A stretch of DNA of 64,000 nt from Tricharina praecox. Lineage: Eukaryota. Under the pieces are notes generated by a model. The model saw nothing but the letters and a program-made list of their open reading frames with translations, was not told the DNA's origin and searched no databases. Below are positions 1-14,191 of the stretch, piece by piece. Position 1 is the first letter of the stretch. The number at the start of each line of letters is the position of its first letter. Position numbers and translations under genes: made by a program. The stretch is from positions 558,001 to 622,000 of the forward strand of contig NW_026250410.1 of NCBI RefSeq assembly GCF_024521635.1, written 5' to 3'.

Positions 1-936
1 GCTGCCAGTGCCGGAGTCAATATCTTTGGCGGTAGTGCCAATTCGACGAACCTCTTCGCGAACTCCAAGTTCGGCGCTCTCTCGGGGTCTTCGGCTTCTC
101 CCTTCGGAACTCTGGGCGCCAAATCTGGATCCCAGAGTCCTTTCGGACCGTTCGGAGGCAAAGTCCCATCTTCTGGGTTCGGATCCGGTTCGGCGTTCGG
201 CAATCCATCCGGTGGTTCCGTATTTGGTGGTGGCTCTGTGTTCGGAGCGCCGGCGGCACCAAAGCCGATAGCAGCACAGAAGCCATTCGGTGCGCCAGAT
301 GATGACAAGACCGATGAAGACGACTCGGAAGATGAGGACGGGGAGAAGAAGGATAAAGCGGCGAAGGATGACGACGGTTCGGGCAAGCCAATCGTGCTTA
401 AGGAGCAGGAGGGTAGGTTTACCATTGCGGTGGTGTTGGGGCGGTTGGTTAATGGAATCTTGACATAGTTATGACCGGCGAAGAGGACGAGACTACCATC
501 TTCAAGTGCAATGCGAAGATATTCCAATTCGATACCGAAGCCAAGGCATGGAAGGAGCGCGGTAAAGGGCAGCTCCGAGTTAACCGGACTACACCTTCCG
601 TCGGCGACTTCGGCCTGGCCAGCGACGATGAGGAGGAGAAGAAGGAGCCTCGGAAGAAGTCTGCGCGGTTGATCATGCGGACCGATGGAACCTATGTTGT
701 CATCCTCAACACACTTATATACCGGGAGATGAAGATTGGCGAGGAACCCACAACCCGTCAACTGCAGTTCTTGGCACAGGACAACGGAGTCCTCACCAAT
801 ATCACGGTCAAAGTACGCATCACCCGCTTGGTTCAGACCCTCACGTTTGCTAATATTGGAACAGGTGGGCAGTGTCACTGTGGCTAAGGAGCTGCACAAG
901 CACATCAGGAATCTGAAGAAGGAGATTTGGGGTTAA
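1..936 (+). CDS. Ran-binding-domain (RanBD1) protein with FG-rich region, Yrb2/Nup56/Nup2-like; 5'-partial, 2 introns visible
   Basis: FG-rich stretch (GGSVFGGGSVFGAPAAP..KPFGAP), acidic linker, then RanBD motifs TGEEDETTIF..AKIFQF..WKERGKGQLRVN..ARLIMRTDGT..VILN; introns about 413-468 and 813-864; stop TAA at 934-936. Confidence 0.85.
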
Positions 937-1733
937 CTTTCGGCTTAGACTGCGATTTGGTGCTATTGTTCGTTTCTTGATTCCAATGATTGAGGGGGTG
1001 GGGATTGTTTTTCTACAATGTGTGTGTGTGTTTGTGCGTGTGTGCGTGGAACGATGAGGCGAGATGAGTGAGGTTTGTACACTGGATACGACTGTTTCTG
1101 AAATGTCACTGGACGGGAGTGACGAGAAGAGGAGGCATGTGATATTCAATCGAGCTCTTGGTTCCACATATTGGCGTTTTTACAAAGTGGTGGTTGGTGG
1201 TGTTATCATTTCCCTTCCTTTTGCATTTCCTTCTCTTCTCTTATCTTACCACACTATGCTACTATTACCTTTCCTTGTTATCTGGTCGTTATGGTCCGTT
1301 CTATTGCTTCGTTCTGGTGGATTACTCCTTGATACACTTTTATTTACCTCGCTTTTGGTTCGTTCGGGAGTTACAGTAATGGATACTTATCTTCTCTTCT
1401 GCTTCTCTTCTGTGTGTCTTAGAGGGTCCTAGCAGTATGATAATATACTTCTGGAGTCATGTTGGAGTACTGTACATGTATTTACAAATCGTACCCGCAG
1501 CCGTCTCCGCCTACCTACCTACCCCTTCCAGCCCAGATCTAGAGTGGTGAGAAATGTAAAGTGAAAGTGAAGTGAAGATAATATACAACTAAAAGGAAGA
1601 GAGACATGAAGGACTCTCAAACAGAAAACTGCCCCCCATACATAATCGGTTAAGGAAAGACCCGCCGCCGTCGCCGCTGTCGCCACAAATGACAAAAACT
1701 CCATGCCGTCCTCAATTCGTCAATATACCGTAC

Positions 1734-3408
1734 TCAGTTGGACCTGCCGTCTCCACCCTGGTTGTTATCGTGATGGGTGAGCTTGTCCCAGATACGCTTT
1801 AGCAGGCCGTGGTGGCTCTCGTCTCCTTGTTGTTGGAAGGAGGAAGAGGAGGAGGAGGAGGACTCCGAGGCGGCGCCCTTGTCTTTGGCTTCGTTGGCGT
1901 ATTGGCTTACGTTCATTATGCGCTTGGCGGACTTGTCGTTAAATTCATCGGCCAGCAGCTCGAGGAGTGTGCGTTGCGAGGGGGTGAGGGATCTATAGGG
2001 TGGTTAGTGATGGTTGGGAAACTGGGGAGAGAGTGGAGGGAAATACTTAGGTATGTTGACTTTGAATTCTATCTTCAAGTCACCATATCCGCCTCTACGA
2101 CTCTGGCTGAACTTCTTCATTCCGCGCCCCGGCATGGTGATAGTATCGCCCGTATTGGTGCCGTTAGGGACCTTGAGATCAACGTCTCCATCCAGCGTAG
2201 GGATCTTGATAACACCCCCAAGGAGTGCAGTGGTGAGGGGTATCGTGGTGGTGTGAAGGATATCCGAGCCTTTCCTGGCAAACTTCGGATGCGGCTCGAT
2301 AACTAAGTGAATGTAGAGGTCTCCGCGTTTCGTTTTACCGCTAGAAACACCGGGGGTAGCTGGTGGAGCATCACCTTCACCGGCAACATGGAGCTGCATG
2401 CTCTCTTCCACTCCGGCGGGAATGTCGACATTGATCGTGCGCGTCTCGTGAACCATTCCGTTGCCGTCGCAGGTCTTGCATTCGCTGCCGGGCGGGATGA
2501 TTTTTCCAGTGCCACTGCAGGAGTCACAAGTAGCAGCCATTTGGAATCCACCACGCATGAAGTGGACTCGCGTTCCTGTTCCGCCACAGCGTCCACACTG
2601 CTTCGTCTTCGTGCCAGACTTCAGTCCGCTACCAGTACACGTCCCGCAGTGAACCTGTGGGTTGATCCTAATGTCTAATCGCGTGCCCTGTGCCGCCTGC
2701 ATGAAGCTAATGGTGGCCTGAGCCCGGATATCAGGCCCCACCATATTCTCGGCGAACGGGCTTCTTCCCCTCCTTCCACCGCCGCCGCCAGCGGCCGCAT
2801 TGAATAGATCTTCGAAAGAGAAATCCGCACCGAACGGGCTGCCCCCAAAGCCCGAGAACCCGCCGCCCGCACCGCCGAAACCACTGAACGGTCCACCAGC
2901 ACCCGGGTGGAATCCTCCCGGACCACCAGAAGGATCAAAACCGGCTTCACCAAACTGGTCGAATTGCTGCTTCTTTTCAGGATCCGAGAGGATCTCGTAT
3001 GCTGACTGCACCTCTTGGAACTTCTCGCGCGCGTTTGGCTCCTTCGATGAGTCCGGATGGTACTTTTTGGCCGCAGAGTAGTACGCTTTCTTGATTTCGG
3101 ACGTGGACGCGGATTTTTCGACGCCTAGGACTGTGTATGGGTTCTTTGTCGCGAGGCGTGCGTTGGAAGCGTGGAACGGCTATTCGGACGCGGCATTGTC
3201 AGCTCTATTGCACTTCCGGGAGTGGGGTGAGGTGGGGCTTGCCTACCCGTCGCTGTTGGAACTGAGGGTTACTCTTGCTGCTGGTGTCGTGTTGCAGCGG
3301 TGTTGCACGCTGCGTTGGTGCGTACATACATCGGTACTGCGTGACCGGAGCAGACGCAGGCCGCAATGCTCTCACAGCTCGCGGGAGAGTAGAGGGTATA
3401 AAGCTCAT
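1734..3408 (-). CDS. MDJ1: Mitochondrial type I DnaJ co-chaperone (Mdj1-like)
   Basis: Basic presequence-like N-terminus, J-domain (NPYTVLGV..KKYHPD..YEILSD), G/F-rich region, four CxxCxGxG repeats, C-terminal DnaJ domain; introns near 3181-3246 and 1994-2045. Confidence 0.92.
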
Positions 3409-3626
3409 TGCCGTTTGTAGTCGTAGTTGTAGAAGTTTGTATGAGTAGAGATTTCCGTTTCTTCTTCAGAACGGCTTAAATCCTCTGCAAGCAAGTCTAC
3501 CACCGTTTGTTAATGGCTCGTAACCTGGGGATATGTTGGTTGTGAATTGGGAAACGGGAAAAAAGATTATCTTCGGAAGTTTGTCCGTTTGATGGTTCCC
3601 AAAAAATTTGTGGGTTTCGGATGCGC

Positions 3627-3656
3627 TGAGTCACCTGATTGGCCAACTGTGATTGG
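3627..3656. promoter_or_regulatory. Divergent MDJ1/CUE promoter with TGAGTCA (Gcn4/CpcA/AP-1 type) site and two CCAAT boxes
   Basis: TGAGTCA at 3627-3633; ATTGG at 3638-3642 and 3652-3656 within a 420-bp head-to-head intergenic region. Motif match only. Confidence 0.4.
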
Positions 3657-3829
3657 CCCGAGTGATTGACATGGAATCTTCTGGCATAGCAGAGCACCCC
3701 AGCAAGCACCGGTGGTGGTAGTCGATCTCCCTTCTCCAACCATACCCAGCCAGTTCCGTCCCAGCTTCACGAACGCAACGAACGGAAACCTTCTCGAACC
3801 ACCCAGCACCACCACCACCGTTTGCAAAA

Positions 3830-4502
3830 ATGTCCAAAGAAGAAACACCCATCCTCCCGCAAGCTGCGGCATTTCTCGTGATCTCCTACCTCGTCTACCG
3901 CTTCTTTTTCACGTCGACGCCGACGGCGTCGTCAGCACCACCGGCCGTTCCGCCGGCCACCACGCGCCGCAGACTACAGCAACAGATCGAGGTGGTCCAT
4001 GGAATGTTCCCGCAGGTACCCATCGCGGCAATAGAAGCGGAGCTCCTTCGGAACGGCGGTAATATGGAGGTGGCCACGGAGCGGATACTGGCCACCGGGT
4101 TCTTGCCAGACGTGAGACCTCCCCCCTCCTCCCCCTCTTCCCCGAGCTCGCAAAAGCTGATGACATGTCGTGATACAGCCGCCACGCCCCCCCGCCGCCC
4201 CTAGAGCCGCCCTTCAACCCTCCACCTCCGGCTCGACCGGCGGTCCTGCATCCCGTCCGTCGCGTGTGGGTCCTCAACATACCGACCTGATTACGCGATA
4301 CAACCTTCATAGCCGCCTATCAGAAACACCATCCTCCCCGTCGTCCTCCACGTCCACCCCCTCGGGCAAGGGAAAGGCTCCCGCCAGCAAGCAAGACCGG
4401 ATGCTAGCGCATAAGGCGAAGCGGGACGAGATGATACTGGATGCGCGGCATAAGCTGGAAGCTATGATCGTCAAGGAGGCAGCTTCTTCTTCTTCTACTT
4501 GA
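3830..4502 (+). CDS. ER-membrane CUE-domain protein (Cue1/Cue4-like)
   Basis: N-terminal hydrophobic anchor, CUE motif (VHGMFPQV..IEAELLRNGGNMEVATERIL), one intron about 4112-4178, DLITRYNL motif and C-terminal RDEMILDARHKL (Ubc7-binding-like helix). Confidence 0.85.
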
Positions 4503-6523
4503 GTGCACTTTGCTTTTTCGTTTGAACTGGTCTTTGGGTTTCGCTTGCTCGTAATGGGTAGTAGTACACGCGATCTATTTCGCCACTTTTTTTCTTTATC
4601 AATTTATATTGGCCTTTGGTCGGGATCAGGATTCTCTTTGTCACGAGAACTCGACGATATCAATTTGTATAAGTACATACTTATTTCTCTACTTATATTC
4701 TACATCTTGTGAATCGTGATTCGTGATTGGCGGTGCCTCCGGGAGCGCTGGCAATGGATGTGGACACATTACAGACGCTAGACACCAAGGCAGGTACCTA
4801 AGGTACCTACGACGTCAGCTTACCTCATCACTGGCCATCACTCATTCATGATGAATTATGCACTTAAAAAAACATCCATACGCTCGCCTTCTCTGGTGCA
4901 TAACATTCCAATTCCAAAAAGCAAAACACTTCCAATCGATGCGCCACTGGTACTATTTCTATGATTGGGCCTCAGGTCAAGGTGGACTACAAGCACCTCA
5001 GCCCTCGGAGAAGTTGACCGTGTGCCGCCGATTGATATCCGGATTCGAGGGAGACGAGTTTTGTTGGACGGTATCCGTAACGAACAAGCGCCTTGCTGAT
5101 ATGACTGTGATATCTAGATGAGTCAGCAAAGATTGGGATGGATGGTTAGGGGATATGTATCATACCTGCCTTAAGTAACGAATCGTAGGTAGGCAGCTCC
5201 TAAGTTGTGATTATCTGTAAGATATGTGAACGAGATTCCCACAAGGAGGCCAATCCATCATGAAGGTTGGCTGGACCAGCATGATAGAGATCTCCTGGGG
5301 GAATGATAGACGCCACTATTTATGCAGTTGTTGCTTGAATCCATATCTACTCTGCGGCGGCAATTCTGCGGCCTTCCAACGTCCAACTTTCTCAAGCGCG
5401 CAGACGTGACGGTGTGTGCATGAGTATATCCCGCGCCCAGTTGTTGGTCCGAAATATGCTCCAGCGGGACATGACTCTCGTCCCTAATTCGTTGTTCTCG
5501 GAGAACCCGATTAGCTACGCAGAAATATCAGCAACATATCCACCTCAAATTTTGGGGATCGTGGGCCGCTTACTGAAAATGTATTGGTGAAAGATATATA
5601 GTAATTCGCAGTCCATTCACGAGAATCCAGGACACTGATCGTATATAGTCGTTGGAAAAGGTGCGTCAATACGCAATGCCTGGTAACGACCAGTTATGCC
5701 AGCTACAATCACAGTTAGGATATCCAAAAGAAACATACTAGAGTGCGATAAGAATCATAAAATGATAAATCTTAGGCAGATATCCAAGACATTATACGGC
5801 TGTCGTCTTCGGGGTACCTCGATCAAACGAGGTGTATAATGACATGCAAGGACGAAGTGCTAGAAGCCCTAAGGACCAAGCATAAGGCGGTGAATGTCGT
5901 CCTTCCAGTTGGATATCGGACCCAAGAGGTTAAGGGGAAGTAACGAGCATTTTAAAAAGGGGAATTGGTTGAGGAAGGACATGGAGGAAATTGAGGAGAA
6001 GAGAAGGAGAGACTCCTCTCAGCAGTCATTCATCTTTCACATGCCACATTCCTTACTCTCACTCCTTGGAGCTCGCCCGATGGATTCAAACAAATTGATT
6101 TTGCCATGCTCGTGCCGCAAGGTGAATGGCCACTTCCTATCCTCTATTCATATATGCAGGCAAACCTGTTTCGCTCTTATCTTACCCTGGAAGTATCTCT
6201 GCTGTAGGCACTATTACAATCTCCATCTAACCCTTCCCTCTATGCTCTTACTCACCCTAGTTAGATGCAACATAACAGATCTCGTCTTGACGCCCTCCGC
6301 CTTCCGTCATCAGCGCCCCACTTCTTCCGTTTCCTCTCATCGAGCCCACGTTCTACGTGCCCATAGGTACTTCATGTAAGATGTAAGAAACGTGTTCTCA
6401 TCTTGCTTTTAGTCTGAAAGGTCCCTCCGCGGCAGTCCCACCCATACATCCCCCACTTATTGCTGGTAGTATTTCCAAGAGGTTGAAGAAGCATTTCCTA
6501 GAGAGGCTTGGGCTAAGCCATCC

Positions 6524-7077
6524 TTTTTTTTCGTTTAATCATTAATTGCATACGAAATATCAGATCATGGCAATATCCACACATACACACTCCGTTTCCA
6601 CGCCACTGTCCAACCCGACTTCAATCGAGCGGCCCGGTGTGGCTTTTCCTGCCCTTAGTCTGGCCTGTGTCATCGATGTAAGTATAACTGACCAAGGAAA
6701 TAACACCAAGGAAAAGCAACTTCTGCTCCCTTCTCCTCTGCCTCGCCCTCTGCCCCTTCCACAGGAGATATGAAGGAGGGTGTGGGGAGGAACAATGGGA
6801 GTGACCCCGGCTCCTCAAGCTCAGCACCCTCTTCCTCCTCTTGCCTCTGCTCCGCTCCCTTAATTTCCACTCGGACACCTCGCATGCTGCGTCTTCCTCA
6901 GCGGCCACCAGTATCTACCTACGCAGAGGAAGCCCACGATGGCCTGGCTGCACCGCTCGGCCGCGAAGAGGTCTTAAATATTGAAATGCTCCTTTCACCT
7001 CCCCGTCTCCTTCCGGACCTCTGCCCACGGTATCTCCTGCTGACTCTTCATTCGGGGCAACATTTGAAGAGGTGGGA
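6524..7077 (-). mobile_element. 5'-truncated non-LTR retrotransposon (LINE, Tad/I-like) 3' fragment, decayed
   Basis: Minus strand reads HLFKCCPE..WAEVRKETGR..DLFAAERCSQAI with stops and frameshifts; homologous to 42428-43295; A-rich tail at 6524; 11-bp direct repeat CTAAGCCATCC at 6513-6523 and 7078-7088 (TSD). Confidence 0.85.
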
Positions 7078-7470
7078 CTAAGCCATCCATGCTTTCCATC
7101 ACGATAGCCCATCCAAGTGGCGAGTGAGATGCCGTGGAAAAGCTATGAGGTTGACGATGCCAAGATCTTCTTAGTTGGGGTTCCAAAGCTAACTGGGGAT
7201 CTGTTGGTGACCCCCAAAGTAATGGATATTGTGCTGAGAGTGTTGCCGTAGGACAAGCTCACGACGTAGGATGCTTGATCGTTTGAATGGCAGCTTGTTC
7301 TATGACTAGCTGGTCATGAGGAATGCTACATACAAAGGTCGCTGCAAGGTTCAAACCTCGTACTGTTACAATTCCTGTCACATGTAGTTAGTGTGGACTG
7401 TATTTCTCCTTAAGTGGGGTTACCACACAGAGTGACCTTCTATGATGCTTGGCATAATCGTAGTGGGGGA

Positions 7471-7478
7471 TGTGACTG
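7471..7478 (-). promoter_or_regulatory. Homol-D box (CAGTCACA) upstream of RPS14
   Basis: TGTGACTG exact match about 180 bp upstream of the RPS14 ATG; known fungal ribosomal-protein promoter element. Confidence 0.55.
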
Positions 7479-7656
7479 CCCTCGCTTAATTTTCTAGGGC
7501 ACACAATCAACGGCACACAACTGTGAGACGACGGTCTCCGCATAGTAACCAAATTCCGACAGCTATCGACCAAACGACCGACAATCCAGCGCCGACGCCC
7601 CAATCGCCAATACCCATTTCCCCGCGAAATCCAACCGGTTCACCACATCTACAAAA

Positions 7657-8395
<739 letters not shown>

Positions 8396-9667
8396 ATGTG
8401 CGGTTGCGTTTGGTTGGGAAAAAATGGGATACTTTGTTGTGTGGCCACACGACTTTTTTTTCTTTTTTGTCGATGACGTTGAACAATCATAATCGATAAA
8501 GGGAAAGTCATCAATCGTTTTGCAGTGCGGCGAGTGAGGGAGTTAAGGAGTTTTCGGCCAATTGTTAGCGGTTCACGGAGATGTCAAAGTAGGAACTGTG
8601 ACACCTTCGGCTAGACTGTTCTGCTCATGATTCTGTGACACGCTGTGATGAGTCGTCACGGATTGACGGTGTTTCATTTGCCAACGCTGGTGGGTGATTT
8701 TTCTGCATCATAATGCATTTGACCTGTCTAGACCATGGCATACGTACACCAGGTATCCCGCCCGCCGTCTGGATAACCAGCTCGATGACAGCGACCTACT
8801 TCTCCCCACCTTTTGCCTGCGAAATGCGTTGACGAGTTCGATTTGTTTCTCCCCAAGCATGTGGTACCTTGTAGCGAGTGATATAGAATACATCACTTCT
8901 AACATGACAAATATCTCCAGCTGTATTTGCGTATGCACTCACGATGACTCCTCTTTGATCTCCCTTACGAACTCAACTTCTCTGAAAATCTCGAACTATA
9001 AAGGCGCTCATGTGATCGTAAGAGTTCCTGCTGTTGCGCTATGCCATAAGCAGCCGAAGTCCAGCCACGGTCTGCCTCTCTATCCAGACATCCATCCGCA
9101 GAGCGCGAAGAATACATGTAAACAGCGTTTCCTAATGGCATGTGGGCTCCCTTTGGAGTGTTGAGGCTTTGATGCCATTTCCGTGCCTTTTTTTACGAAC
9201 CCATAGGCGGCCAGTGGCTACCGGCACCCGAAACTGTAAAGAGAGTGAGGCTCCTGCTCGAACGGCAGCCTCTATGGATGTGGCGTTTGAACTCCAGTCC
9301 AGAGTCCAGAAACCTCAAAGAAAAGCGGATGCATGCATACAGCGTATTCCAGGCATAGGGACGGTGGCCGGCCACACATGCAAGGGCCCAGGGGCGGCAT
9401 CCGTACTCTAAACAAACGCTTGTTGTGTTGCGTCACATCTTCGAGAGAGCCTCGATCTTGCCCCACTGGCGCGTTGACCCCACTATCTCAACACGACTCA
9501 CCCCTTCCTCCTCCACCACGACTACAAAACCTGCCATTTCCCTCCGAGAAAGGCGTCTTTCCTACATACAACTCGCACACTGCTCTCTCTCGACCGATAC
9601 CTACGAAGAAATCAATCAACCTTGCCACCCGCTCATCGCAAGAGAGGAAAAAAAACAACCGCTCAAG

Positions 9668-10687
9668 ATGTCTAGCAACGGTTTGTAACATCTTGTCTTA
9701 CCCGATTTCCAAGTTGTCCCGCTGATCACGATGGATTTAGGAGCCCCCCACGATAGCGCCAGTATGGTCAAGGACTGGACTCTGCCAAAGGGTTCGTACA
9801 CCGCCATCGACGTCTTCTACCGCATCCTAACGATTTCACCATACAGTTCTAGCTACGATCCCCAAGCCCGTCACCTCCGCTTCGAGCTCCCCCCTCCACT
9901 TCCTCCACATCATTCGGCGCCTCAAGACGACTCCTCGCGAGGGCTGGAGACGCTTCGATATCCAGAATGGCGGTAAGTTTAGTTCTTATCAGCGCTCGGG
10001 CCCGACCCACATGCATGCATGAAAAGTATCGTGCCGTGCCATGCTAATACTAATGCTACTTCTTCTAGAGTCTATTGCCGACCACATGTACCGCATGGGC
10101 ATCATCACGATGCTGTGTCCTCCCGAAACCGGCATCGATCGCGATCGCTGTGTGAAGCTGGCACTGATCCACGATATGGCCGAGGCCCTCGTGGGCGATA
10201 TCACCCCGCCCGACAACATCGCAAAGGGTATGTGTATCCCTTCCCTTCCCGTCTTCGGGACGTGATAAGAGCTGACGAGGGATGTAGACGAAAAGTACAA
10301 GCGAGAACTGGAGTCCATGCGATACATCTGCGATGAGCTACTGAAGCCCATCTCCGAGACCATTGCGGAGGAGTTCATGGAGCTCTGGGCGGAGTATGAG
10401 ACCGGCACGACCAAGGAGGCGGTGTTCGTCAAGGATGGTATGTCTTACCCACTTCCCTACTCTAGAACGTCATACTGACGCAGAATTGGAATCTAGTCGA
10501 CCGCTTCGAGCTCATCTGCCAGACAATCGAGTACGAAAAGCAGTACAACGCGGAAAAGGATCTCTCAGAATTCCTTCACGTCCGGGTTGGCATCAAGAAC
10601 GACTTCGTGCTGAAGTGGGTCGAGGATGCGCTTCTGGAACGTGCGGCGTACTGGAAAAGCAAATGCCTCGAGCCCAAGGTCGAGTGA
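9668..10687 (+). CDS. HD-domain 5'-deoxynucleotidase (HDDC2/YBR242W-like), about 5 introns
   Basis: Spliced translation includes [64 protein letters not shown]. Confidence 0.9.
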
Positions 10688-11117
10688 GCATCGACCGCCG
10701 CCGCCCCCCTCTTGATCAGCGTTTCGGCATCTTTTCATTCATGCGCTTTCTTTCGATATCCTCTTACCTCTGCCTGTGTTTTGCTTTCGGTCTGTTACTT
10801 TGTTCGGGCGCGAACGGAGTTGGGGGATTTGTTGGTGCCATAGAATTTGCTTAGACTTGAGACGATACGTTGGGATGGGATACTCTTAACCGGTTTGCTT
10901 CGCTGTATACAGTAACTAGTACTCTGCAAGCAATCATATTGTGTCATTCGTAGTGTTTATTCGTTCCCAGCGGCTCAATCCCAGAAGGACGTCACCGTGC
11001 ATGTGAAGGCAAGACCTAGCTCACAACCCCACCACTCCCACAATACGCGTTTCCCACACCCATCGCGACATGCGGCCGTCGCCTTGAGCTCCTCACCACA
11101 CCATCACGATCACCACG

Positions 11118-12597
11118 ATGTCCCGCGCCGCTGCCGCCACAAACCTAAACAGCTACGTCCACTTCCCGACCGGACACGAAGACCTAGTCCACGATGTCGC
11201 CTACGGTCCCTCACCCTCTCCCCTTCTCCCCCTTCCCCTCCCCCCACTTGGCCCACTAACCCCGGGTGAACAAATAGACTACTACGGCCGGCGCATGGCG
11301 ACCGTCTCCTCAGACCAGCGCCTCAAGATCTTCGACCTCAACGACGAGGGCTCGTGGGTCATCTCGTCGTCGTTCAAGGCGCACGACAGCAGCATCAACC
11401 GCGTGATCTGGGGGCCGCCAGAGCATGGCCAGATCGTGGCTACGTGCTCGTACGATCGCACCGTCAGGATCTGGGAGGAGCAGGAAATGGGTATATACGC
11501 TCCCTTTTTTACCTGAGAGTGGGGTGGGGTGGTGGAGGGGGGGAGGGGGGGGGGAGCGGGAGGAAAAGGAAGAAGAAGAAGAAGAAGCTAACCCACCGGA
11601 GAGCCCAAAGGTAGTCCCGCGCCGCGCATTCGCCCATGCCCATACCCACTGACGTAACGGGATGCGGCAGTGTCCCCCTACCGCTGGAAGCGACAGTTCC
11701 AGATGACGTCCGACGCGCGTACCGCGATCCACAGCATCGCGTTCCCGCCTACGCTGGCGTCCAACAGCTCCACGAGCACGGGGCTAAAGCTCGCGTTCAT
11801 CAGCACCGACGGGCACGTGCACATCTACGAGTGCCGCGAGCCGCAGGACCTGACACATTGGATCGCGATCGATGTCGTGTCCGTGCTTGCTGCCCCGCCT
11901 GCCAGAGAGGTCGAGGTCGCGTTTTGCATAGCGTTTTGTCCGAGCCGCTGGGGCGGCGAGCAGCTGGTTGTTGGCGCGATGGATCAGGTCAGGGTCTATA
12001 GGCATAATACGTCGGGCAAGTTTAGGGCGGCGGAGGAGCTGGCGGGACATCGCGCGCTGGTCAGGGATGTCGCGTGGGCGGTGAGTATGGGCCGGAGCTA
12101 CCATCTCATTGCGACGGCGTGCAAGGATGGTCATGTACGTATCTTTCGACTCACCGCGAGAGAGGGCGGGAAGACGGAGTTTCCGGTCGAGAAGGAGAAA
12201 GAGAAGGAGAAGGAGAAGGAGAAGAGCCTGATGAGGCGCCGTGGAAGGGGCGGGGCGGGGCTGTCGCAGGGATTGGGAGGCGATGAGCCATCGGCGGGCG
12301 ATGCTGAGGAGCTGGCGGATGTCGGTGTTCGATGGGATGTCGAGAAGGTTGCCGACTTTGGAGATCATAAGGCTGAGGTTTGGAGGGTTGCTTGGAATGC
12401 TACCGGAACGATATTGAGTTCCACCGGCGATGATGGCAAGATACGGCTGTGGAAGGCGGCGATTCATGGGGAGTTCCAGTTGCTAAGTGTGGTGGCTACG
12501 CCGCGGGCTAGGTAAGTGCTGCTGGGGGAGGTGCGATTGGGATTTTCTAATGAACTGATGTAGTGGGAGGGAGGAGACATTGGCGGAGGATGAGTGA
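11118..12597 (+). CDS. SEH1: WD40 nucleoporin / GATOR2-SEA subunit Seh1
   Basis: [111 protein letters not shown]; probable last intron 12512-12563 (otherwise stop at 12515). Confidence 0.93.
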
Positions 12598-12750
12598 TAG
12601 TACATCAGCGAGATTTACGAGTAATGGGAGCAAGCAAGTGGTATCATTCAACCAATTTGTTCATTCATCAATCCTGCGTATAGTAGAAATGCACATCCTT
12701 CAACCTCTCCACGTACTCACCAACCCATCCAGCCAGTCAGTCCACCACAA

Positions 12751-13280
12751 CTAGGTGCTCCTACCATCGTGCTCCACCAACTTAAACGCCTTAAGATCAA
12801 TCCCATCCACACACCTCAGCTGTCCCCGACTTATCAGCCCCACTCCCATCTTTCCCACCCCAATCCCACCCCCATCCAGCCAGGCCTCAGAAAGAAAGAA
12901 AGAAAACTCACATTAAACCCCCAAACGCCCTCCTTGACACCGAGTATATTACTCCCACACCTGTTACAAAACCTCCACTGTACCTGCTTCTGGCCAAACT
13001 CGTATGTGGCCAGCGAGTCCTTCAGGAGCTCGAGCGCCTCAGAGCCGTACACCTCCTTCCCGTCGATAGTGAACGACACCGACGTCCCCGGAGTGTACGC
13101 CATGATCACCCCCCGGTCCGTACAGATGCTGCAGTTGCATGTGATCTTCAGGCACGTCTCTAGGGGGAATGAGTGCAGTGTCGCTACGTGCGTACGGCAG
13201 TGACAGTGCAGTGTGTAGTCTTTGCCCACTGCGGCTGGGGTGGTGCTGGTGGTGCTGGTGGTGGGGGCGGGGTTGGACAT
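12751..13280 (-). CDS. GFA / CENP-V family zinc-binding protein
   Basis: CHC..CNCSIC..YEFG..FCNRCG..FNV motif set; intron then RCVDGIDLKAFKLVEHDGRST*. Confidence 0.88.
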
Positions 13281-14191
13281 TGTGGGTGAGGGTGAGGGTG
13301 ATTATGAGGAGATTGAGGGAGTGCCTTGCGGTGAGAGTGTGAGAAGTGTGAGGAACAGACAGAAGGAAGGAGGAGTGCGGGGCTGAGGGAGGGAGGGAGG
13401 GAGGAAGGGAGAGAGGAGGAAGTAGGAGCAAACGGCGCTCTGTTTATATCGTCCTTTTTCCGATCGTGAAACCGCCGAGCATGCAGCTGGCTGCAGTGCA
13501 CAGTGGGATGAGCATCGAGCAGCGTCGTATGTGTTTCCCCGGATTCAGCTGTGAGCATGTCATGCATGTACGAGAACGGGAATCCGCAACAGTGGAGAGA
13601 TATATATCGTCCGCCTCATCGTCCGCCTCCGGAACGCGAGAATGTCTGCATAGCATAGCATAGGGCGCGAGACGGCGTCACATCTTCGCACAGCAGATAG
13701 AACCCATCCATATCCGTCTATGTACGTAGACAACACAACACAGTGCACAACATGAAAGCATAACCCGAGCTCGCGCGACAGTAAAACAAGGAAACAAGGT
13801 GAAAAAAAACCATAACCAAACATGTAGGTAGAGTACAACACACCAAAAAAGCAAAAAGGTATGAAATCAAAAGAAAAAGGCCCCAAATACATATTGACTT
13901 ACTCCATCCAGTTGTTGTTGAACGAAATACAGAAACGAGAAGAAGAGAGAGGAGGAGAAAGAGAGAGACGCAGTACGCACAGCGACAGAGACCGTCCCTC
14001 CAAACACTTCCAGAAGCATGCATTCCCCCTCCTTCTCCTCCTCCACCCGAACCGCATTACCATGACCGTCTATGATCCCGCGCATTAGGTATACCCAGCC
14101 TTTACTGCCGCTTGAAACACGCCCGCCACCGCCACGGGCCTCTGCACCTCCTCTGCACCATCACCAACACCAGGGCCGCTCCGTGGACTTT

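Noticed and set aside
7290..7370. tRNA-like A/B-box resemblance (TAGCTGGTCA..GGTTCAAACC)
   Set aside because: No cloverleaf could be paired; at most a degenerate repeat remnant.
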